From an uncultured Candidatus Rokubacteria bacterium (GTDB lineage: Bacteria > Methylomirabilota > Methylomirabilia > Rokubacteriales > CSP1-6), in contig CAWBMV010000009.1 in NCBI GenBank assembly GCA_963789955.1, positions 1 to 18,386 on the forward strand: DNA of 18,386 bases. Reading direction: 5' to 3'. Position numbers and translations under genes: made by a program. A model generated the notes under the pieces. It saw only the letters and a program-made list of their open reading frames with translations, searched no databases and was not told the origin of the DNA. Shown piece by piece: positions 7,866 to 17,698 of this stretch (its first letter is position 1; every line of letters starts with the position of its first letter).

Positions 7866-9272
7866 ATGATCGGCATCCGCGTTGTGCTCGCCCTCATCGG
7901 TGCAGTCGTCCTGACCGGCTGCGCAAGCGCTCACTATTACACCGTGAAGCCAGTGGACGTTCCGGGGCCGTGCATGACGACCGTGCCCCAGCGTGATCTC
8001 CTTCTCGGTGTCGCGCTCTCGGGCGGTGGAAGCCGTGCGGCGCTCTTTGCCGAGGCCGGGCTCGAGGCGCTGGCCGGGTTGCGCACGGCGGACGGCGTCC
8101 CCCTGATTAACAAGATCAACCATTTGTCGAGCGTCTCGGGCGGCAGCCTCTCGGCGAGCTACTACGTCCTCAAAAAGCCCGGGCGCGACGTGCCGGTTCT
8201 GAATCCCGATGGGAGCCTGTCAGAGGCCTATCGATCCTTCTTCGATCAATACCGGACCGATCTCAGCCAGGACTTCGAGACATCCTTGATCTGGCGCCAG
8301 CTGCTGTCGTTTCGCTGGATCAATTCGGCTCTCGCCGCCCGATCGCTTTCCGAGATCCTGGAGGCGAAGCTGTACGGCAAAGCCCAGCTCGGAGACCTGG
8401 CCGCCCGTGAGAAGGCCGGGGATACGCCGGGCCTGATCATCAACACCACGCTCTACAACAACGGCCGGCGGCTCGCGATGACCTGGTTGCCCTCAGAGGT
8501 GTTCCAGTACGATTTCTTCGTCGATCTGGAGCGCGATCTCAAGCGGGAAGGCCGCCACATGGAGATGACTCCCTATATCCGCGAGCGCTGGAAGCTTCTG
8601 TGGCCGATGACGCCGATCGACCTCCACGCAGATCCGTGCACGTCGACTGTGGCGAACGCGGCTACGGCGTCCGCGTCCTTCGCGCCGCTGATCGGCCCCA
8701 GCACGATAAGAATCGGCGACCAGGAAGCGTACTGGCACATCGGGGACGGCGGCCTCTACGAGAACTCGGGAGTCGAGTCACTCCTTCTCTTGTACCTCAA
8801 GCAGCTTCAGATGAAGCGGGCCAAGCGGGCGCTCATCATCGCGCTCGACAGCTCGTTCCCCTTCTCGGTCGGCGAGCGGCAGCTGCTTCGGCGCTCGCTG
8901 CCGTTCAATCTGTTCAATTTCGACTTCAGTCGCATTCCCAGCATCATGGAGGAGCGAGCCATCACCTATCAGGCGCTCTTCTTCCGCACGCTGCAGCTCG
9001 AGGGAGTCTTTCCGGACTCGAAGACCATCACCGTCATCGCGCTCCGTCATACCGACGCCAAGTTCGCGGCGGACTTGAGTGACCTGCCGCTTGCGTGCAA
9101 GGCCGAGCTCGAGCCGATGAAGACGACGGAAGATGTCGAGAACCGCATCGCGGCGATCCCGACGCGGCTCGGCCTGTCCTCGGAATGCGATCGCCAGCTC
9201 ATCTACGCGGCGGCGACCAAGCTCGTCTCAGAGCACCGTGACGAGATCCTGGAGTACTTGAATCGTCCCTAG
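7866..9272 (+). CDS. Patatin-like phospholipase, predicted lipoprotein
   Basis: AAGGAG RBS before ATG 7866; signal peptide MIGIRVVLALIGAVVLTG-C with lipobox LTGC; ALSGGGSRAA Gly loop; SSVSGGS nucleophile; ASASFAP; GDGGLYEN catalytic Asp. Confidence 0.88.
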   Translation: MIGIRVVLALIGAVVLTGCASAHYYTVKPVDVPGPCMTTVPQRDLLLGVALSGGGSRAALFAEAGLEALAGLRTADGVPLINKINHLSSVSGGSLSASYYVLKKPGRDVPVLNPDGSLSEAYRSFFDQYRTDLSQDFETSLIWRQLLSFRWINSALAARSLSEILEAKLYGKAQLGDLAAREKAGDTPGLIINTTLYNNGRRLAMTWLPSEVFQYDFFVDLERDLKREGRHMEMTPYIRERWKLLWPMTPIDLHADPCTSTVANAATASASFAPLIGPSTIRIGDQEAYWHIGDGGLYENSGVESLLLLYLKQLQMKRAKRALIIALDSSFPFSVGERQLLRRSLPFNLFNFDFSRIPSIMEERAITYQALFFRTLQLEGVFPDSKTITVIALRHTDAKFAADLSDLPLACKAELEPMKTTEDVENRIAAIPTRLGLSSECDRQLIYAAATKLVSEHRDEILEYLNRP

Positions 9273-9318
9273 CGAGTGGTTCTGAACGTCCGAGCTCCGC
9301 GACTTCGATGGCGTCAAG

Positions 9319-10018
9319 TTGCTGACGTCGATCGTTATCGTCGTCGCGCTGACGCCGCGCTGCGGCTCCGGCCAAGCCCTCCTGTCGAGTCGCTGGGCGG
9401 CCCGTCCGACCGTCGCCGATGGGATTGATGCGTCTGCCGCCACGTCGGCGCCGCTCGCCGCCTATGCGTTCGAATGTGACGACGAGCAAAAGTTCGTTCT
9501 GTCCCGCGTCCCTGGGCAGCCGAACGCAATGGATCTGGTGCTCGACGATCGTCGCCGACGTCTCACGCACGTGCGCACCGGGTCTGGCGCGCAGTACGCG
9601 GCCGACGGAACGTCGGTGTGGACGAAAGGGGGCGAGGCGATGCTCGAGGTGGCAGGGACGTGTCACCACGTGCCGGGAGAATCGGCGGCGCTCGATCCTC
9701 GAGGACGCGAGGGCCCGCGGCGTGGAGTTCCGCGCATCCGGCAACGAACCCGGCTGGGTGTGGGAGCTTCTGGCCGATCGCATGATCTTCATCGGGGCCT
9801 ATGGCGCGGAGCGTGTGACGACTCCGCGCTCCGGCGCGCGGGGCGGCGCGACACCGGAAGGGACGGTGTACGTCGGCGTCGCCGAGGCTCATAAGCTCAC
9901 GGTCCGCGTGCTGTCGAAGCCGTGTGTCGACACGATGAGCGGTGACCTGTCGATGTCGACAGTCGAGGTCGAGCTCGACGGCAGGAGATATCGCGGCTGC
10001 GGCGAGGCCTTGCGGTAG
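9319..10018 (+). CDS. Exported MliC-domain protein fused to a C-terminal GNEPGW (COG3650-like) domain; apparent +1 indel near 9657
   Basis: ORF 9319 frame: hydrophobic N-terminus, YAFEC...RTGSGAQY...VWTKGGEAML (MliC SGxxY and WxKG). ORF 9419 frame continues VTTC...FRASGNEPGW...PCVDTMSG...YRGCG. Start uncertain. Confidence 0.72.
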
Positions 10019-10029
10019 ACTCTAGTCCG

Positions 10030-10338
10030 ATGCCGTCCGAGGGACCGAAGAGCGCGTACGAGCTGGCGATGGAGCGTCTCCGGCAGAAGGATCGTGAGGC
10101 CGGCGTCGAGGAGCGTCCGCTGACCGATCAGCAGAAAACCGCGATCGCCGAGGCGCGCCAGGTCTATCAGGCGCGGATGGCCGAGCGCGAGATTCTCCAC
10201 CGCGACGCGCTCCACAAGGCGCAAAGCCGGGACGAGGTCGAGAAGCTCGAAGGGGAGCTGGCGCGCGACCGCGATCGCCTTGCCAGCGACCGCGATCGCA
10301 AGATCGCCGAGATCAAGCAGCAGCCGAAGTCGACGTAG
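10030..10338 (+). CDS. Hypothetical 102-aa charged coiled-coil protein (KSAYELAMERL N-terminus)
   Basis: Typical high-GC codon usage; fills the gap between genes; E/R/K-rich helical composition; TAGACT (10016-10021) 8 nt before ATG and no SD. Confidence 0.8.
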   Translation: MPSEGPKSAYELAMERLRQKDREAGVEERPLTDQQKTAIAEARQVYQARMAEREILHRDALHKAQSRDEVEKLEGELARDRDRLASDRDRKIAEIKQQPKST

Positions 10339-10345
10339 CCCCGCG

Positions 10346-11908
10346 CTAACGCGCGTCCACACCCATCGCGTCGGCGAAGCGCCGATACGCCTCCAGCGGA
10401 TCGCCGTACTTGCGGTGTCCCGCCGTGTGCTGAGCGCTCGCCAGGAGGAGCCGGTCGCGGTCGTGGGCCTGCGTCTTCAGATAGTCCTCCAGGGTGCACA
10501 GCCCGAGCTCCTGATTGTGCGGGTCGTTGCCCATGATGGCCGCCCCGGTGGCCAGGGTCTGAACGAGCGGCGCGCGGTCGTGGCCGCCCTTCAGGTACGC
10601 CGCGGTCAGGTCTACCGACTCCTCGGTCCGATTGGCGAGGAGCGCGCGCTCCAGCTTTTCGAGGATCTGATGCGCCGACCACGCGTCCGAGCCCGGAGGC
10701 GGCGCGATCGTGCGCCGTCCGTTGCCCGGAGTATTGGCCTGATGCTCGGAGCCTCGATTGATGAACAGCGCGGCCAGGAAGAGCAGCTTCAGCCGGTGCG
10801 GATGCTCGAAGGTGTCGTAGAACCAACCGACGGTGTTGCAGTACTCGTAGCCGTGCTGCGCCATCGAGTAGTTGTTCGGCTCGCCGGTCTCGAGGATGAC
10901 CTGTGCTGCGGCGACCTGGATGGCGTCGAGGATGCGCCGCGGGTTCCGGCCGGCGCGCAGCAGCGCCACCAGGGCGTCGACCACCGAGAATTCCCGCTGG
11001 CGCGTGATCACGTCGATCAGCATCGCCTCTTCGGCGGCCGTCAGCGGCGTGGTCTGGGCGAGCAGCTCCTGGTCGCGGCCGTCGAGCTGATTCTGGATGA
11101 CGTTGCAGCCGAGCTCGTAGCCCGAATACCAGCGCGGGCCGACCGCCATGTCGGGCACGCCGGCGTAGAGCACGTGGTGCGCCAGGTCCCAGCCGATGGC
11201 CTCGCCGAGCTCGATCGTGGCGCGCGCGCGGTAGCCCTTGTGGCCGGTGGTGTAGGAGCGGTTGTGCCACATGCGGTCTTGCACGTCGATGAGACCGGCG
11301 AACGCGAGATGCGCGAGGACGTGCCGCCGGTTCGGCACGTCCTGCATCAGGCCGAGGAAGACGCGGTACGACGGCAGCACGTCGCCACGCTGCACGAGCG
11401 TCAGCCAGTGATTCAGGCGCTCGCGCAGGGTGCCTTCGACCTGCAGCGGCTCCTGGTCCGGCCAGTGCCGCTCGGGCATCGGCGGCGTCGTGTGCACCTT
11501 GATGTCGTAGAGGCGCGTGTAGTGGCCCGGAGCCTTGCCGAGCAGCTGATTCCACGGATCGAGCCCCGTCGGCATGTACCAGACGGTCTGGGCCATCGGC
11601 AGCCAGCGAAGCTCCGGGCGGATCATCGACGCGAGCGGTAAGCCGACCCGCTCGCTCAAGAGGCAATGGTCGTTGTTGACGAACTTCACGATGCCGTCGT
11701 CGAGACGCTGGTGATACGGCACGTGCGTGTACGGGGCGTGGATCCGCACCGTCTCGCGCGTGATCTCGGTGAGGGGACGGCCTTGCTTGATGAGCCGGTA
11801 GAGCACGTCGCTGGCGCCCTTCTGATCGCGCGCGAGGATGCGCTCCTCGAGATGCGCGTAGTCGGAGGCCGGCGCCGATTCGTTCAGGACCGCCGCTGTC
11901 GTCGCCAT
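10346..11908 (-). CDS. Uncharacterised 520-aa alpha-helical protein with four His-containing repeats
   Basis: Long intact ORF with GAGG RBS, 20 nt downstream of the FMN dehydrogenase stop; repeats carry NDH81C, GH223K, QH352G, PH464N; no signal peptide or clear TM segment. Confidence 0.85.
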   Translation of the reverse strand: MATTAAVLNESAPASDYAHLEERILARDQKGASDVLYRLIKQGRPLTEITRETVRIHAPYTHVPYHQRLDDGIVKFVNNDHCLLSERVGLPLASMIRPELRWLPMAQTVWYMPTGLDPWNQLLGKAPGHYTRLYDIKVHTTPPMPERHWPDQEPLQVEGTLRERLNHWLTLVQRGDVLPSYRVFLGLMQDVPNRRHVLAHLAFAGLIDVQDRMWHNRSYTTGHKGYRARATIELGEAIGWDLAHHVLYAGVPDMAVGPRWYSGYELGCNVIQNQLDGRDQELLAQTTPLTAAEEAMLIDVITRQREFSVVDALVALLRAGRNPRRILDAIQVAAAQVILETGEPNNYSMAQHGYEYCNTVGWFYDTFEHPHRLKLLFLAALFINRGSEHQANTPGNGRRTIAPPPGSDAWSAHQILEKLERALLANRTEESVDLTAAYLKGGHDRAPLVQTLATGAAIMGNDPHNQELGLCTLEDYLKTQAHDRDRLLLASAQHTAGHRKYGDPLEAYRRFADAMGVDAR

Positions 11909-11928
11909 GGAATCCTCAGTAGGAGTGC

Positions 11929-12981
11929 CTAATCCGCCCTGAAGATCAGGTCGGGCTTGAGGTCGGAGATCTTGGTGCGACCGCAGAGACCCATCGCGAC
12001 GTGCAGCTGATCACGCAGGATCTCGAAGACGCGCGCGACACCTTCCGCGCCGTCGGCGCCGAGACCCCAGAGCGCCGTCCGCCCGAGCATGACCACCTTG
12101 GCGCCCCGGGCCAGCCCCTTGATCACGTCGGTGCCCTTCGAGAATCCGCCGTCGATCACGATCTCGGCACGGCCGGCGACCGCGTCGACGATGGGCGGCA
12201 GCGCGTCGATCGACGACTGAGTGTGATCGAGCTGGCGTCCGCCGTGGTTCGAGACCCAGATGAGCTTGACGCCCATCTCGGCCGCGCGCTTGGCGTCGGC
12301 CACGGTGAGAATGCCCTTGAGCCCGACCGGCAGCTTCGTCGTCTTCATGAGCCACTCGACGTCGGCCCACGTGAGTCGCATCTGATAGTCGTGGAACGGG
12401 CCGCGCGGGTTGGGCGCGACCTCCATCGCCTTGCGCGGGCTCCAGCGCGCGAGGATGTCGCGCTCGCGCCGGCTGTAGTGCTGGGTGTCGACCGTGAGCG
12501 CGACGGCCTTGAAGCCCGACATCTCGACGCGCGTGAGGAGCTCGCCGACCCAGCCGCGGTCGCCGTGGTGATAGAGCTGGAACATCTGCGGCGCGCCGCC
12601 GGCCCGCGCGACGTCCTCCACCGGCCAGCCGGTGGCGCCGGAGAGCCACTGGAGCGTGTCGGCCTTGCCGGCGCCGCGGGCCATCTCGACGTCACCCTCG
12701 GGATGGAAGAGGACGAGGCCGCCCATGGGCGCGATACCGACCGGCGCGGACAGCGGCACACCGAGCAGGCTCGTACGCAGATCGATCTCCCGTACGTCGA
12801 CGAGCACGTTTTGCGCGATCGCGAGGCGGTCGAGGTGGCGCTTGTTGCGGCGCAGGGTCGCTTCCGACTCGCTGCCGCCGTCGCCGAAGTTCCACGCTTC
12901 GCGGGCGAGGCGCGCGCGGGCGGCTCGGCGAATCTCGGGCAGTGTTGCGAACGGGCGTGGGAATTCCTTGGCCTGGCTCAT
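11929..12981 (-). CDS. FMN-dependent alpha-hydroxy-acid dehydrogenase/oxidase (glycolate oxidase/LldD/mandelate dehydrogenase family)
   Basis: E.TLRRN, IAPMG, HPEGD, FQLY, LTVD, RRERD, LKGI, VSNHGGRQLD, DGG..KGTDVIK, LGR. Confidence 0.93.
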   Translation of the reverse strand: MSQAKEFPRPFATLPEIRRAARARLAREAWNFGDGGSESEATLRRNKRHLDRLAIAQNVLVDVREIDLRTSLLGVPLSAPVGIAPMGGLVLFHPEGDVEMARGAGKADTLQWLSGATGWPVEDVARAGGAPQMFQLYHHGDRGWVGELLTRVEMSGFKAVALTVDTQHYSRRERDILARWSPRKAMEVAPNPRGPFHDYQMRLTWADVEWLMKTTKLPVGLKGILTVADAKRAAEMGVKLIWVSNHGGRQLDHTQSSIDALPPIVDAVAGRAEIVIDGGFSKGTDVIKGLARGAKVVMLGRTALWGLGADGAEGVARVFEILRDQLHVAMGLCGRTKISDLKPDLIFRAD

Positions 12982-12989
12982 GGCGCAGT

Positions 12990-13026
12990 ACTATACGCCA
13001 GTCGTCGTTCGGAGTCTTGGTACACT
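12990..13026. promoter_or_regulatory. Divergent -10 elements: TATAGT (minus, 12990-12995) and extended TGgTACACT (plus, 13018-13026)
   Basis: TATAGT lies 8 nt before ATG 12981 with no SD; TGgTACACT precedes the purine-rich RBS of the gene at 13057. Confidence 0.5.
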
Positions 13027-13056
13027 GCAGCGATTCCGAGGGGAAGGGGACACGAC

Positions 13057-15620
<2,564 letters not shown>

Positions 15621-15623
<3 letters not shown>

Positions 15624-15642
15624 CCGCGCGCCGTCGCGGCTA
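15621..15642. terminator. Inverted repeat spanning both convergent stop codons; possible bidirectional terminator hairpin
   Basis: TAGCCGCG-cgccgt-CGCGGCTA; no U-tract on either side. Confidence 0.35.
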
Positions 15643-15834
15643 TGTCGCGACCGCGATCCGCGTCAGCACCGAGTGCGGCAGCCGCACGGATTCCGTGCAC
15701 GTCAGGCAGGAGAAGCGGAGCTCCTGCGAGTCTCGCTGGGTCAGCACCATCCGCTGCGCGCATTTCGCGTGGTGAATGCCGCCGTCGAGCGCCCAGTACA
15801 CGGTCTCGCTTCCGGCTGATCTCGAGGTATCCAT
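15640..15834 (-). CDS. 64-aa small protein with H-x2-C-x17-C-x2-C (zinc-ribbon-like)
   Basis: Perfect AGGAGG 5 nt before ATG; own sigma-54-like promoter; H22/C25/C43/C46; stop abuts the proS stop. Confidence 0.78.
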   Translation of the reverse strand: MDTSRSAGSETVYWALDGGIHHAKCAQRMVLTQRDSQELRFSCLTCTESVRLPHSVLTRIAVAT

Positions 15835-15860
15835 CGTCGCCTCCTGCCAGATCTGCAGGT

Positions 15861-15876
15861 AGCGAAAGTCGTGCCG
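15861..15876 (-). promoter_or_regulatory. Sigma-54 -24/-12 promoter
   Basis: Minus strand cGGCACG-actt-TcGCT versus consensus TGGCACG-N4-TTGCW; predicted start near 15850, just upstream of the SD. Confidence 0.68.
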
Positions 15877-15938
15877 ACGCTTCGTGACGTGGGAATGCTT
15901 CTCCGATCGGGTAGTTGGCGCAGGTCATCTCCGGACGC

Positions 15939-15958
15939 CGTGTAAGGGAGGTCACACG
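15939..15958. promoter_or_regulatory. Palindrome CGTGT-N10-ACACG; candidate enhancer (TGT-N10-ACA) or CRP/FNR-like site (TGTaA-N6-TCACA)
   Basis: CGTGTaagggaggtcACACG, about 90-108 bp upstream of the predicted sigma-54 start. Confidence 0.5.
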
Positions 15959-16140
15959 AAATAGGAAATGTTTACTCAGGTCTGGCGGCTATCGCTTCAG
16001 GCCGAGGATCAGAACGCCGGCTCCGACCATGAGGATGCCGAGCGACTCCCGGCCAGAGGGCCGCTCGCCGAGAAACAGAACCGCGAACACCGCCACCAGG
16101 ACGAGGCTCAGCTTGTCGACCGGCGCGACCTTCGACGCGT

Positions 16141-16160
16141 CGCCGATCTTCGCCGATCTT
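16141..16160. repeat. 10-bp tandem duplication CGCCGATCTT x2 (frameshifts EamA)
   Basis: Read directly from the sequence. Confidence 0.9.
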
Positions 16161-16294
16161 CAGCGCGCGGAAATAGCAGACCCAGGAGGCGCCGGTGGCC
16201 AGCCCGGACAACACCAGGAAGAGCCACGTGCGCGGAGCGAGGGCAAGCGGATTGCTCCACTTGCCGCGAATACCGCGGACCAGAGCGCCCAGTA

Positions 16295-16318
16295 GAACCA
16301 CTGCTGGAACCACTGCTG
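16295..16318. repeat. 12-bp tandem duplication GAACCACTGCTG x2 (QQWF QQWF)
   Basis: Read directly from the sequence. Confidence 0.9.
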
Positions 16319-16320
16319 TG

Positions 16321-16737
16321 TCAGCAGCCGCCTCCGCCGCCGCCCTTGCGCGGCTCGATCAGCTCGACCCGGACGTCGTCGGGAGCCCACATGAAGGCGA
16401 TCCGCGGCCCGTTGGGGACCTGGATCGGCCCTTCCAGCAGCCGCGCGCCGTGCCCTTCGAGCCGCGTGATGTCGGTCTCGAGGTGCGTCGAGTCGAACCC
16501 GAAATGCTCGAGCCCGTGGTGCGCGCTGGCGTCGCCCGGGCCGAGGCGCTCGCCGGTGCGCGCGCCCGAGATGTTGACGCCCATCCCGCCGTCCTCGCTC
16601 TGGCAGCGGATGAAGCGGTCGCCGAAGACGCGGGTCTCGTCGCTCAGGATCTTGAAGTTGAAGGCACTCACGTACCATTCCGCCGTCTTCCGCGGATCGG
16701 GCGACTTCAGGTGGATGTGGTTGATGCGGAACGCCAT
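16321..16737 (-). CDS. VOC (glyoxalase/bleomycin resistance) family protein
   Basis: 138 aa from ATG 16737 with GGAGG; NHIHLKSPDP..TAEWY...F, GLEHFGF, RIAFMWAPDDVRVELIE; His/His/Glu metal ligands. Confidence 0.9.
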   Translation of the reverse strand: MAFRINHIHLKSPDPRKTAEWYVSAFNFKILSDETRVFGDRFIRCQSEDGGMGVNISGARTGERLGPGDASAHHGLEHFGFDSTHLETDITRLEGHGARLLEGPIQVPNGPRIAFMWAPDDVRVELIEPRKGGGGGGC

Positions 16738-16788
16738 GGCGGGCCCTCCGCTTTCGATCGGTCCTGCTGGAATGTGCTCCGGGAACTC

Positions 16789-16798
16789 TGTATATACA
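16789..16798. promoter_or_regulatory. Palindrome TGTATATACA; GntR/HutC-type operator candidate
   Basis: Perfect AT-rich 10-bp palindrome between the divergent VOC and SDR genes; fits TGTA-N2-TACA. Confidence 0.55.
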
Positions 16799-16819
16799 CC
16801 CATTCGGGAGGTGTCGACG

Positions 16820-17611
16820 ATGGGACAGCTCGACGGACGAACGATTCTCATCACGGGCGCCGCGCGCGGGATCGGCGCGGCGTGCGCGCGCCGGCTCGCG
16901 ACTGACGGCGCCAGGCTGGTCCTGGCCGACCTCGATCCCGGCGTCGAGCAGGTGGCCACCGAGCTCGGCCAGGTCGCGATCCGCGCCGATGTCACGCGGC
17001 GCGAGGACATCGAGCGCATGGTCGAGGAGCCGTACCGGCGCTGGGGTCGCCTCGACGTCCTCTTCAACAACGCGGGGGTCATCCGCGTGCAGCCGATGCT
17101 CGACGTGACCGAGAGCGAGTGGGATCGCGTGATGACGGTCAACCTGCGCGCCGTGTTCTTCGTCCTGCAGGCGGTGGCGCCGGCGCATGCTGCGTCAAGA
17201 CCCCATGGCCGGCTCGGAGCTTCGCGGCAAGCTCATCCAGACCGCGTCGATCGCGTCGTATCGCGGCGGCAACCACCTCGATGGCGCCGTACTCGGCCTC
17301 GAAGGCCGGCGTGGTGAGCCTCACGCGCTCGGCGGCCCAGCTCCTGGCCCGCGAGCGGATCACGTCGAACTGCGTCTGCCCGGGCGCGGTCGAGACCGCC
17401 GATGTGGGAGCAGATCGACCGGGAGTGGGGCGCGCTCGAAGGGCTGGGCCAGGGCGAGGCGTGGAAGCGCCGGATCCGCGGCATCCCGCTCGGACGCCCG
17501 GAGCGGCCCGAGGACGTCGCAAGCGTCGTCGCGTTCCTGGCCGGCCCGGACTCCGACTACATGACCGGTCAGGCGATCAACGTCGACGGCGGGATCGTGA
17601 TGGGGAATTGA
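16820..17611 (+). CDS. SDR oxidoreductase, sorbitol dehydrogenase/acetoin reductase-like (three apparent indels near 17180, 17280 and 17401)
   Basis: GGAGG RBS; TGAARGIG, ADLD, NNAG, TASIAS, YSASK, NCVCPGAVET.MWEQID, IPLGR, DSDYMTGQAINVDGG. Confidence 0.88.
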
Positions 17612-17635
17612 CTCGTGGCCGCCTTCGGCTAGACT
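17608..17635 (+). promoter_or_regulatory. Sigma-70-type promoter for aqpZ (TTGACT-N16-TAGACT)
   Basis: -35 overlaps the SDR stop codon; both hexamers are near consensus. Confidence 0.55.
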
Positions 17636-17698
17636 TCTCAGGAATCGTCAACCGCCGAAGTGCCATGCACATCTCGATCAACGGAGGGAGGGGAAGCT

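Larger units (their letters stand above)
15989..16324 (-). pseudogene. Decayed single-domain EamA/DMT-family membrane protein
   Basis: Fragments WFYWALWSAVFAA / GKWSNPLALAPRTWLFLVLSGLATGASWVCYFRALKIG / DASKVAPVDKLSLVLVAVFAVLFLGERP...LILGLKR are separated by frameshifts; CTG where ATG is expected after GGAGG; internal deletion and two tandem duplications. Confidence 0.8.

Noticed and set aside
5765..10018. SLT + dinB + patatin + MliC as a prophage, conjugative element or secretion-effector island
   Set aside because: No integrase, structural, T4SS/T6SS or VgrG/PAAR genes; mixed orientation; SLT and dinB have host-like codon usage.
10265..10299. Direct repeat GCGACCGCGATCGC x2
   Set aside because: Encodes DRDR twice at heptad spacing within a coiled-coil protein; only two copies, not CRISPR- or att-like.
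11929..12981. Mycofactocin-system MftD with associated SDRs
   Set aside because: No MftA-like precursor (C-terminal IDGxCGVY), MftB or radical SAM gene in the window; the 64-aa protein does not resemble MftA.
16141..16318. Tandem duplications as transposon target-site footprints or a mini-CRISPR
   Set aside because: No transposase, terminal inverted repeats or spacers, and the two duplications differ in length and sequence; slippage is simpler, though excision scars cannot be fully excluded.
16321..16345. GGGGGGC tail on the VOC protein as a functional motif
   Set aside because: It overlaps the SD and former start of the EamA gene; probably incidental.
16786..16800. CTGTATATACAC as an E. 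coli-type LexA box
   Set aside because: Spacing does not fit CTGT-N8-ACAG, and the flanking genes are not SOS genes.
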